From assembly GCF_052425735.1 (NCBI RefSeq), contig NC_135761.1, positions 18,910,001 through 18,974,000 of the forward strand: a stretch of 64,000 nucleotides of DNA, given 5' to 3'. The DNA comes from Oculina patagonica (taxonomy: Eukaryota). Of this stretch, positions 61,630 to 64,000 are shown one piece after another. The position numbers were made by a program, and so were the translations under genes. Position 1 is the first letter of the stretch; each line of letters opens with the position of its first letter. Under the pieces are notes generated by a model, which saw nothing but the letters and a program-made list of their open reading frames with translations, was not told the origin of the DNA and did no database searches.

Positions 61630-64000
61630 ACGCCGCGACAAAACATCCATTCCTGCATAACACTTAAAAAAGGGACTGTGATCAATTGAATAATCATATA
61701 ACGTTGTGTAATTCCTCTGATTTCTGGGTGAACTTTGTAATTGTTTAAAGTTTGACGATATTAAATAAAAGGCAGGAGGGTTGACGGAAATGTGAATGCT
61801 TGTATGTTGTTGTTTTTTGTTCTTTTCTCTTTCCTTTCTTTTCTTGTTTGTTATTGTTGTTGTGTTTTCGGATTTTTCACTTCAATTTTGGAGATTTAAC
61901 CCCAAAAATAGCCAGAAAAAATCGAAAGTGGGAGATCAACAAGCTAAGTTAGTTTCATCGTTACCCTGCAACGCAACTTCCTAAGAAAGGCGGTGTTTCA
62001 CCTTTCCACTAATTTCGGGCTGACAACAAACAATGCTTACACTAAAGGTGAAGCCATAATAATATCATCACGGGTATATAGAGCAAGTAAAAGCGAGTAA
62101 TTCACGGGAAATTTAATTAACACAACAAACAACCCTATCTTTGGCAACAGAACATTTAAAAACTAATGATGATAAAACCATCGTATCATATACCGGATAT
62201 TTTATTTAGCTGCCTTCATGGTACGATTTCACGGCTGGCTCCATCAACAAGCTATACTTTGTCAATTCTGAAAAGAGGTAAAACTATACACCATTATCAA
62301 TTAGCAATAGTGAAAGCTGATTTTGTAAAGCGAAGCTTTATGAACTGTTTTATTCCTACATAAAAGAAATTTTAATTATAAGGAGAAACTTAAAACTAAA
62401 CACGAAAAAAACGTTTGAATATAAGGAGGAACTTTAAAATTAAACACGAGTAAAAAAAAAAACCTTCGTGAAGCAAAAACAAAAATGAACCCAGGAGCAG
62501 ATTATAAAATGAACAGTAAAAGCCGTAGACGGAATTAAATGAACAGTTTACCCAATGTTTCCAGGTTACGATACTACCCATCCCTCTCAACCCCCACCCC
62601 TCCCTCCCCCCAAATATAATAGTCACTTTGTTTGACCATCTGCCGAAAAATGTACTTTTGCAACTAGAAGATCAACCTCTCCAGGGTTTAAATAATTTAA
62701 TAAGCACAGCAATTTCGGAAGTACTCAGGTTATGCCTAATTTATGACCGTTTGGACAATTACAACCAAAATGGCCAATATATGTGGTGTCCATCTTACCA
62801 CAAACTAAAAGGTAGGTGTGTAATTGTAAAGGGGCAATGTCCCTTTATCCTTGTTCAATTAAATTTTGCAATGTATAAAATTCAAAGAGAAAAAAAGTCA
62901 AAATTGTTCAGTTCGGCGAAAGGTTGCTAAGAATCAGCTATCAACAATAAGTTTAGGCTAAATGTAAAATACATGTGCAAATTGCCGCAAGGCTCTTTTA
63001 ACAGCTGTTAAATGAATAAAAAATGTTCTCTCGTAGGCCTAATTTTAAGACAAAGTAATTAGGAAAATTAAATTAGTGATGAACAACTACCAATCATCTT
63101 GAAGTTTAAAATAAGTAAATACAATCCATCGGTTTAGTTTTCAGTCGTGTTCAGACAAGAACCTGGCAAGAACGAACAAGCTCGATAAAGCACGAAATAT
63201 ATCTTGCTACACATCACGTTCAACTCTTCAGACCATTTGCACGTCGACTAGAGAAGTGCGATAGACCCTTTACAGTTAAGACAACAAAATGTAAGTATTC
63301 ATTTTCTTTTTTTCGTAAAGCTGGTAGTCAAAAGAATTCTTATTTTGCTCGAACTCGTTGTCAATTCCCCAAGTTCAATTGCAGACCTGGTTATTCATAT
63401 AGAAGAATATCTTCACAAGGGAAGCGATGTTTACATTCGTTAAAGGGTGTTACCTGCGAATGTTAGGTTTTACTATTGGTTCAGTTCTATACGCAAGTAT
63501 TTATCTCTTTTTCGTATTCTCTAAATGAGTGGTACAAATGAAATTGCTACTGCATTATCATTCTCAACTGGCTGTCTGTTGTTGAAATAATTTTTTTTTC
63601 TTGATGTTAGTCCGATGTCCTCGCAATGCTCGCAAAGAAAATCTTAAATCTAAGGCTTATTGTTTTTCCTGTCTGATATACGTTTCTTCTTCAATACATC
63701 AGTCGGTGTAAAATGTGTATAAGCTTCAAACGTAATCAATGTATTTGCTTCTACAAACTGACCCAGTGGTGTCAGTTTATATCTAGAGCACCTTGTGCAT
63801 GAACAAGAACGCGGTCTTCGTCCGGCGGACAAGCAACAGTTTTAAGTTTCATTTTTTCCTCCAAATATTTTTTTTATATATAAGCCACGTAAAAAGGACT
63901 TCTGCAAATGGCTATTTGGATTTTTTCACGAGTAAGTTCTTATTTATCTGTGATTTTCCCTTTCTTTATTTTCTTTGCTTCTATTCTTTATATTTTTTTT

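Larger units (their letters stand above)
56090..61790 (+). repeat. Third, more diverged and partial duplication unit (A-type upstream region + G6)
   Basis: 56100~12480/34020; 57640-58170~13880-14400; 58600-59690~17780-18950 (shared block caacaaactggtccgaacacgaaccaaagtcaac). Confidence 0.8.

Overview
Eukaryotic, AT-rich, intron-containing DNA, probably from a cnidarian such as a stony coral (inferred from gene family and repeat style, not proven). The window is a tandem array of six CTHRC1-like loci, all on the + strand, each encoding signal peptide + Cys + short Gly-X-Y collagen stalk + CTHRC1 C-terminal domain in three coding exons with phase-0 GT-AG introns. Four look intact (G1 9282-11450, G2 18835-20447, G3 30711-32193, G5 46607-48143), one is an orphan first exon (G4, 41023) and one is frameshifted (G6 59570-61629). 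The array was built by segmental duplication of a two-gene cassette ([G2,G3] -> [G4,G5] -> [G6...]). The best candidate for an undescribed system is that the paralogues share a nearly invariant C-terminal framework but differ sharply at three short segments that are shuffled between copies, and three carry a P-G-K-x-G-P motif in the stalk like the MASP-binding site of collectins/ficolins. This suggests a diversifying, secreted, collectin-like recognition family; that function is a hypothesis. Intergenic DNA holds many mobile elements: a Kolobok-like insertion with empty sites, a Helentron-type element, Harbinger-type and other MITEs, a DIRS/Ngaro-derived insertion, and a Helitron-like element carrying a tRNA-Ser-derived unit and a nested Penelope fragment with an intact-looking minimal hammerhead ribozyme. 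Exon boundaries were read by eye from splice signals and paralogue comparison.
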